Numbered from the stretch's first letter, positions 33,539-42,576 are shown. The stretch is DNA of 64,000 nt from Clostridia bacterium (GCA_900763875.1 CAAFLX010000038.1:18429-82428); one strand, 5' to 3'. Numbers and translations are program-made. Notes: generated from the letters alone by a model not told the origin.

Positions 33539-34209
33539 TTCAAGCCCCCTCTCCACTCGTTGTAATTGTCCAGCAGATAGTCCGAAAGCGCGCCTATACC
33601 CTCGCCCGTGCGCGCAGATACCTCAAATACCTTTGCGCTCGGATTGACTCTTGCGATATATTCCTTGCATCTGTCAACGTCAAAATCAAAATACTTTGCC
33701 GTGTCGCACTTTGTGAGCACCACCAAGTCCGCAACAGAAAACATAAGCGAATATTTGAGCGGTTTGTCGTCACCCTCCGGAAGTGCCAACAACACCATTT
33801 TCAAGTGCGCACCCGTGTCGAACTCGGCAGGACAAACGAGGTTGCCGATGTTTTCCAAAAATACCAGCTCCGCACCCGTTGCAAACTCCTTGAAACCTTG
33901 CCTCGACATATCCGCGTCCAAATGGCACATACCGCCCGTGTGAAGTTGGATTGCCTCCGCACCGGCCTCACGCACCGTGTATGCGTCCACGTCGCCGTCG
34001 ATATCCGCCTCCATAACGCCAACCTTGACCTTGTCTTTCAAAGTCTTGGTGAGCGCGCATAGCAGCGTCGTCTTGCCGCTGCCCGGCGCAGACATCACGT
34101 TGACGTAGTAAACCCCTGCCTCGTCAAGCTCGGCACGGAGTTTGTTTGCATCGGCATCATTGTTTTGAATGATGCTCTCTTTCAGTTCAATTGTTCTAAT
34201 AGAATCCAT
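33535..34209 (-). CDS. hypB: HypB-family nickel metallochaperone GTPase, paralogue 1
   Basis: Contains SAPGSGKTT, GGMCHLDA, ENIGNLVCPAEFD, EGDDKPLKYS and LTKCD. Confidence 0.9.
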   Translation of the reverse strand: MDSIRTIELKESIIQNNDADANKLRAELDEAGVYYVNVMSAPGSGKTTLLCALTKTLKDKVKVGVMEADIDGDVDAYTVREAGAEAIQLHTGGMCHLDADMSRQGFKEFATGAELVFLENIGNLVCPAEFDTGAHLKMVLLALPEGDDKPLKYSLMFSVADLVVLTKCDTAKYFDFDVDRCKEYIARVNPSAKVFEVSARTGEGIGALSDYLLDNYNEWRGGLK

Positions 34210-34280
34210 ACTAGCCTCTCTTTGGCTTTTATTGTAACACTTGTAAAATATATTTTCAATATATTTGAAAAATTTAAGTT

Positions 34281-34647
34281 TTGAAGTTGCACATACCGTG
34301 CATAATCACGCTACGAATGAGTGTAACTTCTTCCTCTACAAGGAGTTGGGCGTGAACCCTTAATTCAATTTCCCCCTTCCTCACGTGTTTCCCCCACCGC
34401 CGTTCCCCCTTAAAAGGGAACCCACGGCGTCCGCTCCGCGTGGGGCAACACTCAGCACTCGCATAGATTGCTATCGTCCTCTTATTATGCCACTGCGCTT
34501 TGTGCGCCGGCTTCGCAACAGAATGGCGCAGTCGCTTGTACCGTCTGTCAAGCTCGGCGTTCGCTTTTCTCGCCGCCTTGCGGCTCGCACCCTGAATAAG
34601 CACATTCCGTTAATAAGAACGCCCAGAATGAGTGTTCGCTTATCCGC
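34281..34647 (+). repeat. R1 structured repeat, copy C
   Basis: A full element including both flanking direct repeats, gcacataccgtgcataat... and gcacattccgttaataag... Confidence 0.9.
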
Positions 34648-34668
34648 TTGCGTGCAAAGCACGCTAAA

Positions 34669-34748
34669 CACCAAGCAGAAAATCTTGCGAAATTGTGGCA
34701 GGAGTTTTTGCACCTACCTAAAACTGATAGCAAAGATTTTCTGCGCGG
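34669..34748 (+). repeat. R3 hairpin repeat
   Basis: The stem is gcagaaaatcttgc/gcaaagattttctgc. Confidence 0.85.
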
Positions 34749-34778
34749 TTAGCAGACTGAAAACCTAGCAAGGCTCTT

Positions 34779-34860
34779 GGCAATCGCCACTATGCTTACG
34801 CTTCTATTTAGGGGATTCCCACGTCGCTTTGCTCCTCTGAATGACATTAGAGGCGATTGC
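34779..34860 (+). repeat. R5 hairpin with the conserved loop box
   Basis: The stem ggcaatcgcc/ggcgattgc covaries with the copy at 29188. The same loop box is present: tttaggggattcccacgtcgctttgctcctctgaatgaca. Confidence 0.8.
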
Positions 34861-34875
34861 AATTGCCTTAGCGAC

Positions 34876-35251
34876 GATTTTCAGTCGGATGAAGAACACG
34901 GAAAAGCCTGCCAACATAGACAGGAGCGTACTTGTCGTACGTGACTGTTTATGGGGCAGGCTTTGACAAAGTTATTCGCCAAATCATCTTTAATCTTGTA
35001 AAAACGCACTATTTGGATGAAGAACAAGAAAACGCCCTTTTGCGAACTCGCCTAGCGTACTTGAAGTACGTGACGGGTGAGCAAAAGGGCGTTGCCGCAG
35101 TTATTCGCCAAATCATTTATAACTTTGTAAAAACGCACTATTTGGATGAAGAACACGGAAAAGCCTGCCAACATAGACAGGAGCGTACTTGTCGTACGTG
35201 ACTGTTTATGGGGCAGGCTTTGACAAAGTTATTCGCCAAATAGTGCGTTTT
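34876..35251 (+). repeat. R2 long-hairpin array, 3 units
   Basis: The units are approximately 34876-34985, 35000-35115 and 35128-35251. The last 3' arm, atagtgcgttttt-a, contains the stop codon of the ABC/FtsX gene. Confidence 0.9.
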
Positions 35252-38200
35252 TAGTCTACGCGGAGAGCATCCACAACGTTCTTCCTCGACGCCATAATCG
35301 CAGGAATTATGCCTGAGATTATCGTCAGTGCCAAGCTGAGGCAGACGAGAATGAAGGCGTGGAGCGGATGGAAGTGCAACAGCGAGCCGATGCCTGCAAC
35401 TGCTTTGATGATGACGGACACGATTGGACAGAGAATGTAGGTGACGAGAATACCTATGAGCCCGCTTGTGAGTCCGATGAGCGAGGTTTCGGCGATAAAG
35501 ACGTTGCGTATATCCTGCTTTCGCGCGCCGATTGCGCGGAGTATGCCGATTTCACGAGTACGCTCGACAACGGAGTTGGAGGTGATGACGCCGATCATAA
35601 CGGTGGATACGACAAGAGATATTGCCGCAACCGCGATGAGCATTGCAGATACGAGGTCGAGCGTGCTGCGCATATTGACAAGGAACATTTCGGACACGTC
35701 AAAGTAGCCAATCTCGCCCTTGCCGTCGTGTTGCCATGCCTCGATATACTTGCCCGACTTAACCTTTTGATTGCTGTCGTTGGGGAACACGGTAACGTAA
35801 TACGGGCTTCTATCCGCTCCGATTGCTCTCATAAAGTAGGTGTATTGGAGCGCGGGAACGCCGCTCATTGCATAAAGTGCCGTCGAGCCTTGTTGCGAAA
35901 AGTCAACTTCGTTGTTCAAGCGCACGTTCTTGAAAACCGTCTTTTTGCCGGTGGTTGTGTTTTTGTCAAGTTCGAGTTGGCGTTTGACAAGAGTGCTCTC
36001 GCTCGCGCTCTTGAGGGTGCTTTCGGCAAGCGCGCTCGTATAGCATATGGACGAGGTGACGTAGGTGTGTTCGGTTTGCTTTTTCGCTCTTATAACGCCG
36101 ACAACTTTGATTTCATCGTTGGAATCCTCATACATCTTTTTGAGCAACGCTTGAGATTCGGTTGAATCGTCATAGCTCCACATCAACGTGCTGCTTGCTT
36201 TTTCGCTGAACGGGTCAAGAAAGCTGCTGCTACCGCCGTCTTCTTCCTCCGTTTTGCTTTTTCCGATGCCGACGTTGTTGAGATACTTGCCGCTTGCCTC
36301 GTCATAGACGTAATAGTTGTCGTTTCCCACAAGTTTGAAGGTTTGACCGAGGAAATATTCGTACGGCACGTTGTCGGTGTCCATTTTTTTGGGTTTGCCC
36401 TCGTCGTCAAAAACTATATTGCCGTTTGCGTCCTTTTCGTAAACGTCGATGCCAAATGCGTTCAGCACGTCTTTGGATATGGTGTTGTCGGAGTTTACGC
36501 AAAGCAAAACTTCGTTTTTGTTTTTGGGATAACGACTGCCCTCGCCCACAAAATCATAGGAGCGCATCGTGACTTCTTCGCTTGCGACAAGTTCTTGCCA
36601 ATACTTGGCTTGAAGTCCGTTTTCGCCGAGTACGGTGGTTGCAATCGCCGTGGTTGTCAAGGGCTTCGGTTGTTGCGATACGTCCTTGTAGGTGACGTTG
36701 CCGTCGGCGTCGTACGTCTTGCGCACAAGGTTGTACCTCAAGCCGTAGGAGATGCCGAGAGCAGTGTAATAATCCTTGGGCATCGCTTTCATATAATCGG
36801 CAAATTCCTCGGTCAACTCGTTCTTTTGAACGCCGTTCATAAAGGAAGTGACCATTGACAAAGTCATCTTTGCAATCATACTGTTTGCGCTGCCTGCGCT
36901 GCCCGACACTTTGATGTCGTCCGTATCGGGAGCGGGCTTTGTCGAGCCTTGACCGGACGGTCTTTCCATCATGCTGGACATCAAGTCCATAATCGCGCTG
37001 CTTGACACGTTGTATTGATAAACGCCAAGAGGCACGCCTGCGAGCAAGTCGTTTTCCATTCTTGCAAGGTAGAGATTGAATCCGTTGTAAATGGACAGCA
37101 CGAGCGCAAGACCTATTATGCCGATTGCGCCTGCAAAAGACGTGAGCAACGTGCGGCGTTTTTTGGACACGAGGTTTTTAAGGCTCAATCCAAACGCCAT
37201 ACCCGGACTCATAGACGTGGGCTTGAACGCCCTGTCCCTCTTCTTTTTCTTTTTGGAAAGGCTGTTGAGGCCGAGCTTGTCAAAGAGCGCGTCCGTCTCC
37301 TCTCCGACGTTTTTCATTGCGTTTTTACGCTTGCGATTCGACACCTTTTTCTTTTTGGGCGCGTCCTCGCAATGTTGTTCGGTTTGAGGGTTTATGCTGT
37401 CATTTTGAGCGGTTGGAGTGCTTGTTTGGACATTTTGTGCATCGTCAACGTCGTCTGTCGTAACGATGCCGAACACTGATTTTTCGTCGTCGCTTGCGAT
37501 TGAAATTTCCTCGTCTTGCACCGTGGACACGTCGTCCGTTTGCGCCGTTTCGCCGCTCTCGACGTCCTCTTTTTTCTCGATTTCGGGATAGAAAGGATTG
37601 GTATCTTCGATGAGCTGTCCGTCCTTAAAACGGCAAATACGCGTGGCGTATTGATAGGCAAGTTCGGCGTTGTGCGTGACCATAATGACGAGGCGATTTT
37701 TGGAAATCTCTTGCAATATATCCATAACCTGCACGCTAAGCTCGCTGTCCAACGCGCCCGTCGGCTCGTCCGCCAAAATGATTTTGGGGTCGTTGACGAT
37801 TGCACGCGCAATCGCTACGCGCTGCATTTGACCGCCCGAAAGTTGGTTGGGCTTTTTGTCAATCTCCTCGTGCATATTGACTTTGTGAAGAGCGGCAACC
37901 GCCTTTGCTCTTCTCGCCTTTTTCTTTTCGCCCACAAGGCTCAAGGCAAGCTCGACGTTTTCAAGTACGGTGAGGTGAGGAATGAGGTTGTAGCTTTGAA
38001 AAACAAAACCGATGGTTGCGTTGCGGTAGGCGTCCCAGTGCTCGTCGTCGAAATCGGCAGTGGAAACTCCGCCGATGACGAGATCGCCCGACGTATATCT
38101 GTCAAGACCGCCTATGATGTTGAGCATGGTCGTTTTGCCGCAACCGCTCGGGCCTAGAATCGCCACAAACTCGCTTTCGCGGAAGTTGAGTGACACGCTC

Positions 38201-38265
38201 CTCAGTGCGTGAACGGTTGTCGTTGCGGTGGGATAATCTTTTACTACGTCTTTTAGTTGAAGCAT
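35251..38265 (-). CDS. Fused ABC transporter ATP-binding domain and FtsX/MacB-type permease (1004 aa)
   Basis: The N-terminal ABC domain has GPSGCGKTT and LSGGQMQR. A low-complexity linker follows, then a large extracytoplasmic domain and a C-terminal FtsX 4-TM module. Confidence 0.9.
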   Translation of the reverse strand: MLQLKDVVKDYPTATTTVHALRSVSLNFRESEFVAILGPSGCGKTTMLNIIGGLDRYTSGDLVIGGVSTADFDDEHWDAYRNATIGFVFQSYNLIPHLTVLENVELALSLVGEKKKARRAKAVAALHKVNMHEEIDKKPNQLSGGQMQRVAIARAIVNDPKIILADEPTGALDSELSVQVMDILQEISKNRLVIMVTHNAELAYQYATRICRFKDGQLIEDTNPFYPEIEKKEDVESGETAQTDDVSTVQDEEISIASDDEKSVFGIVTTDDVDDAQNVQTSTPTAQNDSINPQTEQHCEDAPKKKKVSNRKRKNAMKNVGEETDALFDKLGLNSLSKKKKKRDRAFKPTSMSPGMAFGLSLKNLVSKKRRTLLTSFAGAIGIIGLALVLSIYNGFNLYLARMENDLLAGVPLGVYQYNVSSSAIMDLMSSMMERPSGQGSTKPAPDTDDIKVSGSAGSANSMIAKMTLSMVTSFMNGVQKNELTEEFADYMKAMPKDYYTALGISYGLRYNLVRKTYDADGNVTYKDVSQQPKPLTTTAIATTVLGENGLQAKYWQELVASEEVTMRSYDFVGEGSRYPKNKNEVLLCVNSDNTISKDVLNAFGIDVYEKDANGNIVFDDEGKPKKMDTDNVPYEYFLGQTFKLVGNDNYYVYDEASGKYLNNVGIGKSKTEEEDGGSSSFLDPFSEKASSTLMWSYDDSTESQALLKKMYEDSNDEIKVVGVIRAKKQTEHTYVTSSICYTSALAESTLKSASESTLVKRQLELDKNTTTGKKTVFKNVRLNNEVDFSQQGSTALYAMSGVPALQYTYFMRAIGADRSPYYVTVFPNDSNQKVKSGKYIEAWQHDGKGEIGYFDVSEMFLVNMRSTLDLVSAMLIAVAAISLVVSTVMIGVITSNSVVERTREIGILRAIGARKQDIRNVFIAETSLIGLTSGLIGILVTYILCPIVSVIIKAVAGIGSLLHFHPLHAFILVCLSLALTIISGIIPAIMASRKNVVDALRVD

Positions 38266-38340
38266 AATTCACCTCAAAAATGCAAGAATGTGTGTATCTA
38301 ACCTAGTATATTCCAATTTTTCAACGACAAAGAGAATGAC

Positions 38341-38363
38341 GACGCGTCATTCTCCTCTTGTGC
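38341..38363 (-). terminator. Rho-independent terminator after the TetR gene
   Basis: A 10-bp stem gagaatgacg/cgtcattctc is followed on the minus strand by tttgtcgtt. Confidence 0.6.
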
Positions 38364-38394
38364 GTTTCATCCTTTGCTCCCCTATTTTCTCGGA

Positions 38395-38988
38395 TCAGAG
38401 CGCTGTTTGATCCGTCATCAAGGAAATGCCCTTGCCCACTGCGTCTGAAATGTTTTTGCAAAGTTCCTCAAGAGAAAGCGAGCTCTTGTGGTTGAACCAA
38501 ATCTTGAAGCATTCCGTCATACCTGCCGCGGCAAACGCTACGATGTATTTCACCCTGCCGATGTCGCTCGTTGCGCCCTCGTGCTCGGAAAACCAGTGCA
38601 TGTACGCCTCAACGATGCGGTCGTTGATTTTGTCCATAAGCTGTCCCGAAGTGCTGGACGAAAGAATGTATCTGTTGTTTTGATCTTGTTTCAAAATCTC
38701 GTCGGCGAGCATGCTCAAAAGAGGATAAGGATTGGTGATGCTGTTGCGGATGTCCGTTTCGCTCATAATCCTGTCGATACGCGCCATAATGGTGTTTTCG
38801 ATGTCCGTGCGCACGTCGCTGACGGTGTCGTAGTACATATAAAAAGTGCTGCGCGTGATGTTGGCTTTTTGCGTCAGTTCGCTGATGGTGATGTCTGCCA
38901 TGTCCTTTTCTTGGACGAGTTGTTTGAACGCTTCAAAAATAGCGTTTTTGGTCTTGATGACTCTTTTGTCAATGCCGCCGTTTTTCAT
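38395..38988 (-). CDS. TetR/AcrR-family transcriptional regulator
   Basis: The HTH reads ISELTQKANITRSTFYMYYDTVSDV. Confidence 0.9.
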   Translation of the reverse strand: MKNGGIDKRVIKTKNAIFEAFKQLVQEKDMADITISELTQKANITRSTFYMYYDTVSDVRTDIENTIMARIDRIMSETDIRNSITNPYPLLSMLADEILKQDQNNRYILSSSTSGQLMDKINDRIVEAYMHWFSEHEGATSDIGRVKYIVAFAAAGMTECFKIWFNHKSSLSLEELCKNISDAVGKGISLMTDQTAL

Positions 38989-39157
38989 ATTTTTCTTCCT
39001 AATTGAATTGTTTTATATTGCAAAATGTATCATATCATATATTTGTGCGATTTTCTACCTTTTTATAAAATATTAATGAAATTAATAAATTATTAAGGTT
39101 TGAACATACTATTCACACAATATTACAATATGGGCAAAATCGCCCGAAGGAGACTGT

Positions 39158-39331
39158 ATGAAAATCAAAAAAGCAAGAAAAACTCCCCAATCTCACAGCA
39201 ATTTGTCAACGCACGAGAATATGCGCTCGCTCTACGACCCCAACGGCAGCTACACCGGCACACCCGAAGAGAACGGCTACCCCAAAACGCCTGACGGCGA
39301 CCTCCCCGTCCAAGACGCGGACGACTTGTGA
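39158..39331 (+). CDS. Possible small protein (57 aa), not in the ORF track
   Basis: The ATG at 39158 is preceded by gaaggagactgt. The translation is MKIKKARKTPQSHSNLSTHENMRSLYDPNGSYTGTPEENGYPKTPDGDLPVQDADDL. Confidence 0.45.
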   Translation: MKIKKARKTPQSHSNLSTHENMRSLYDPNGSYTGTPEENGYPKTPDGDLPVQDADDL

Positions 39332-39351
39332 TTTTGGCTTTGATAAATGTT

Positions 39352-39731
39352 TGGGGGGGGGTGAACTCTAAATTGCAACTTCCCCCTTCCTCACGTGTTT
39401 TGTTCGTACTCTACAAGAGTTGGGCGGGGTGTACTCTAAATTGCAACTTCCCCTTTCCTCACGTGTTTTCCCCATCACCGTTCCCCCTTAAAAGGGAACC
39501 CACGGTGACCGCGTAGCGGGGGACAACACTCAGCACTCACATAGATAAGTATCGTCCCCTTGTTATGCCACTGCGCTTTGTGCGCCGGCTTCGCAACAGA
39601 ATGGCGCAGTCGCTTGTACTATCCGTCAAGTTCGGCGTTCGCTTTTCTCGCCGCCTTGCGGCTCGTGTTCCGTCTTTGAAGTTACACATACCGTGTATAA
39701 GAACGCCCTGAATAATTGTTCGTTTATCCAC
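39352..39731 (+). repeat. R1 structured repeat, copy D (with an internal 68-bp tandem duplication)
   Basis: ctctaaattgcaacttccccYttcctcacgtgtttt occurs at 39366 and 39434. The core is otherwise as in copies A and E. Confidence 0.9.
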
Positions 39732-39732
39732 A

Positions 39733-39812
39733 ATCCAAACAAAGTTTGGATATCATCGTGCAACGCACGATATCATCACGAAGTGATATCACCGCAGCAG
39801 GCGATATCATTT
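39733..39812 (-). repeat. R4 array of GATATC-separated short hairpins (inverted relative to 28966)
   Basis: GATATC sites lie at 39749, 39769, 39785 and 39803. The linker is ATC rather than GAT. The array abuts the M28 peptidase stop codon at 39811. Confidence 0.85.
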
Positions 39813-41130
39813 ATTTTGTATGGCTTTGGTCGATTTTGTCGATTACTCGAAGGACGATATCCAGTCCAAGCCCAACCGTGTCGGCGGAAAAACGCTCGGG
39901 CACGTCGCGGAACGTGTGATAATAATCGCTCATAACGGGGTTTTGGGCGGCAAAAGTGATTGACTTTACGCCTGCTTTTTGGAAAGGCGTTGAATCGCAA
40001 CCGCCGACGGGATTGGCGATGTCGCCGGGATTTTTGATGCCTGCCTCGCGCATTGCCTCTTTGAACATACGCTCCAAGTCTTTGTCAAAATGAGGGCAAA
40101 GCCAACTGTCGCCGTGTATGACCTCGAAGTGGTCGGGGTCGGCGATTGAGTCGATGTTGATGTGATAGGCATTGTCGAGCATACCGTCGTTTTTATGCTT
40201 GCGCGTAAAGGCAATCGAGCCGCGCAGTCCCGACTCCTCCGCACCGACGTTGCAATCGACGATACGGCAGTTTTTGGGCATTCTATCGGGGTTTTCTTTG
40301 AAATATTTGACAACTTGATAGGCGATTGAAACGCCCGTTGCGTTGTCCATTGCGCCGGGAGAGGCGATTGCCTCGGTCTTTTCGTTGTACATCGTGAGCA
40401 AGAACGCGCACACTAGGGTGAGCGGCGACGAATACAACACGATTTGCGCAATCACGGAATACGCTTTTGCAACGCCGACAATGGTTGAGTATTCCATTGC
40501 GCTTGTTCTATAATAAAGCACCATTGAAAGAATGAGCAAAATCAAACTGAATATGCTCACAAGCGCGACCGCAAGCGCGCCTACTGCGATGCGCAACACC
40601 ACTCCTACAAAGCCGAGTTTGTGTTGTGACGCGCTCAGTTTGAGCGTCCAGCTGGTGTCGGTGTGCCCCGAAAGAAAAACGGTGTAGTCGTATTGTCCGT
40701 CTTCGGGGAGCAATTCGGCATACGTATTGTGGGACACTTTGTGCTTAAAGCACCAATCGAAACAGGTGTTGTACTTGAACACGCTCACAACAAGCCAAAT
40801 CCACACAAAAACCATATACATTGTGGTGACAAAATGCAACGCAAGCCCCGCAAAAGACGAAATGCTTGCAAGCATGGTTGCAATAATCGTAAGCACACAG
40901 CCGATTATGCCTGCCCACCCTGCATACGGCAAACCGCCGATTGACGAGTGTGGCGCAAAAACAAAACTCTCCGTGACGGGTTTCAGCCCGATTTCTTTGA
41001 GCTTGTCCGACATATAATCGTGATATTTTTTCTCGTTTTGAGAACCGGGAAGGCGAGGGCCAATCTCGCGCGCGGCATATTCAACCATTTCGTAGGCGTC
41101 GTCGCCGTACTTTTTGAGTTCTTCTCTCAT
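39811..41130 (-). CDS. M28-family metallopeptidase with an internal multi-TM insertion
   Basis: Contains GAMDNATGV and NVGAEESGLRGS, with about 5 hydrophobic helices between the N-terminal and catalytic parts. The start is the ATG at 41130. Confidence 0.8.
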   Translation of the reverse strand: MREELKKYGDDAYEMVEYAAREIGPRLPGSQNEKKYHDYMSDKLKEIGLKPVTESFVFAPHSSIGGLPYAGWAGIIGCVLTIIATMLASISSFAGLALHFVTTMYMVFVWIWLVVSVFKYNTCFDWCFKHKVSHNTYAELLPEDGQYDYTVFLSGHTDTSWTLKLSASQHKLGFVGVVLRIAVGALAVALVSIFSLILLILSMVLYYRTSAMEYSTIVGVAKAYSVIAQIVLYSSPLTLVCAFLLTMYNEKTEAIASPGAMDNATGVSIAYQVVKYFKENPDRMPKNCRIVDCNVGAEESGLRGSIAFTRKHKNDGMLDNAYHINIDSIADPDHFEVIHGDSWLCPHFDKDLERMFKEAMREAGIKNPGDIANPVGGCDSTPFQKAGVKSITFAAQNPVMSDYYHTFRDVPERFSADTVGLGLDIVLRVIDKIDQSHTK

Positions 41131-41199
41131 AATTATCCTTTCCTTTTCGTATTTGCTATAAAAAGGCAAAGCGATTGTACGCCTTGCCTTAAAGCCGTG

Positions 41200-42483
41200 T
41201 TATTTTGTGATTTTTTCCATACCGCCCATATACTTGCGCAGCACTTCGGGAATGGTGATCGAGCCGTCCTCGTTTTGAAATTGCTCCACGATTGCAGGGA
41301 TAAGTCTGCTTGTTGCAAGACCGCTGCCGTTGAGGGTATGCACAAAACGAGGTTTGCCCGTTTCGCTGTCGCGGAAACGAGTGTTGTTTCTGCGCGCTTG
41401 ATAGTCGTTGGCGTTGGAGACGGACGAACATTCCTTGTAGATGCCCATAGACGGAATCCAAAGCTCGACGTCATACGTTCTTGCCATAGAAGCAGAGCAA
41501 TCGCCGGCTGCAAGTTTGCTGACTCTAAAGTGCAAGCCGAGTTGCTCGACGAGCCTTGCCGCCTTGTTGACAAGCTCTTCAAAAGCCTCTTTGCTGTGGT
41601 CGGGGTGAGCGTATTGCACCATTTCGATTTTGTTGAATTGGTGACCTCTTATCATACCTCTCTCTTCCGCTCTTGCGCTGCCTGCCTCTTTTCTGAAACA
41701 GGGCGAATACGCAAAGAACTTCATAGGGAGCTTGCTCTCGTCGATGATTTCGCCCGCATACATATTCACGAGCGCGGTTTCGGCGGTTGGGAGCATAAAG
41801 CGGTTGCGCTTTCTGTCCTCGTCGCAATCGAGCCAATACACCTCGTCGCTGAATTTGGGGAATTGTCCCGCACCGTAGCCGCAGTTGTAGCCGAGTTGAT
41901 AGGGCGGCAAAATAAACTCGTAACCATCTTTCAAATGTTCGTCCACAAAGTAGTTGAGCAAAGCCCATTCGAGCCTTGCGCCCACTCCCCTATATATCCA
42001 AAAACCGTTGCCCGAAAGTTTGACGCCTCTCTCATAGTCGATTAAGCCGAGGTCGGTGCAAAGGTCAACGTGGTTTTTGAGGGGGAAGTCGAACTTGGGT
42101 TGCTCGCCCACGATTTTGATGACTTGGTTGTTTTCCTTTTCACCGGGGAGAAGGTCGGGGTCGGGAAGGTTGGGCATGCCTGCAAGCGCGTCGTTGATTT
42201 TTGCGATGAGGTCGTTGATTTTCGCGTCGCCTGCGGCAATTTCATCACCGAGCTTTCTCATCTCGTCAAAGATAGGCTCGACGGGTTGTCCCGATTTTTT
42301 GAGAACGGGGATTTGCGCGGAAACTTTGTTCTTTTGCGCTTTGAGTTGCTCGATTTCGGTTATCGTGGCCTTTCTTTCGTCGTCCCACTCGATGATTTCT
42401 GAAAAGTCCGCTTTGTAGCCTTTCTTTGCAAGGGCGTCAACCACCTCTTGCGGATTGTTTCTGATTCTTGCCAAATCCAACAT
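41200..42483 (-). CDS. serS: Serine--tRNA ligase
   Basis: The N-terminal coiled coil begins MLDLARIRNNPQEV, and class II motifs are present. Confidence 0.95.
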   Translation of the reverse strand: MLDLARIRNNPQEVVDALAKKGYKADFSEIIEWDDERKATITEIEQLKAQKNKVSAQIPVLKKSGQPVEPIFDEMRKLGDEIAAGDAKINDLIAKINDALAGMPNLPDPDLLPGEKENNQVIKIVGEQPKFDFPLKNHVDLCTDLGLIDYERGVKLSGNGFWIYRGVGARLEWALLNYFVDEHLKDGYEFILPPYQLGYNCGYGAGQFPKFSDEVYWLDCDEDRKRNRFMLPTAETALVNMYAGEIIDESKLPMKFFAYSPCFRKEAGSARAEERGMIRGHQFNKIEMVQYAHPDHSKEAFEELVNKAARLVEQLGLHFRVSKLAAGDCSASMARTYDVELWIPSMGIYKECSSVSNANDYQARRNNTRFRDSETGKPRFVHTLNGSGLATSRLIPAIVEQFQNEDGSITIPEVLRKYMGGMEKITK

Positions 42484-42576
42484 AGTTTTGTCCTCTATTG
42501 TCGATATTGTCGTTTATAATTTTTTATTTTCCAAAACGCGCGGTTTATCTTTCGATTTCGAGCGTTAAAGTGTCGA

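Noticed and set aside
29653-34209. Calling the locus a hydrogenase maturation cluster.
   Set aside because: No hydrogenase large or small subunit, endopeptidase or hypCDEF genes are present in this window. Only the nickel-delivery components (hypA and two hypB genes) are present, so I describe it as a nickel-chaperone operon with an unknown client.
39100-39294. The 64-aa ORF listed in the track (MNILFTQYYNMGKIARRRLYENQ...).
   Set aside because: It has no RBS and an Arg-rich junk-like sequence. The overlapping +1 frame ORF at 39158-39331 has a strong RBS and a more protein-like composition.
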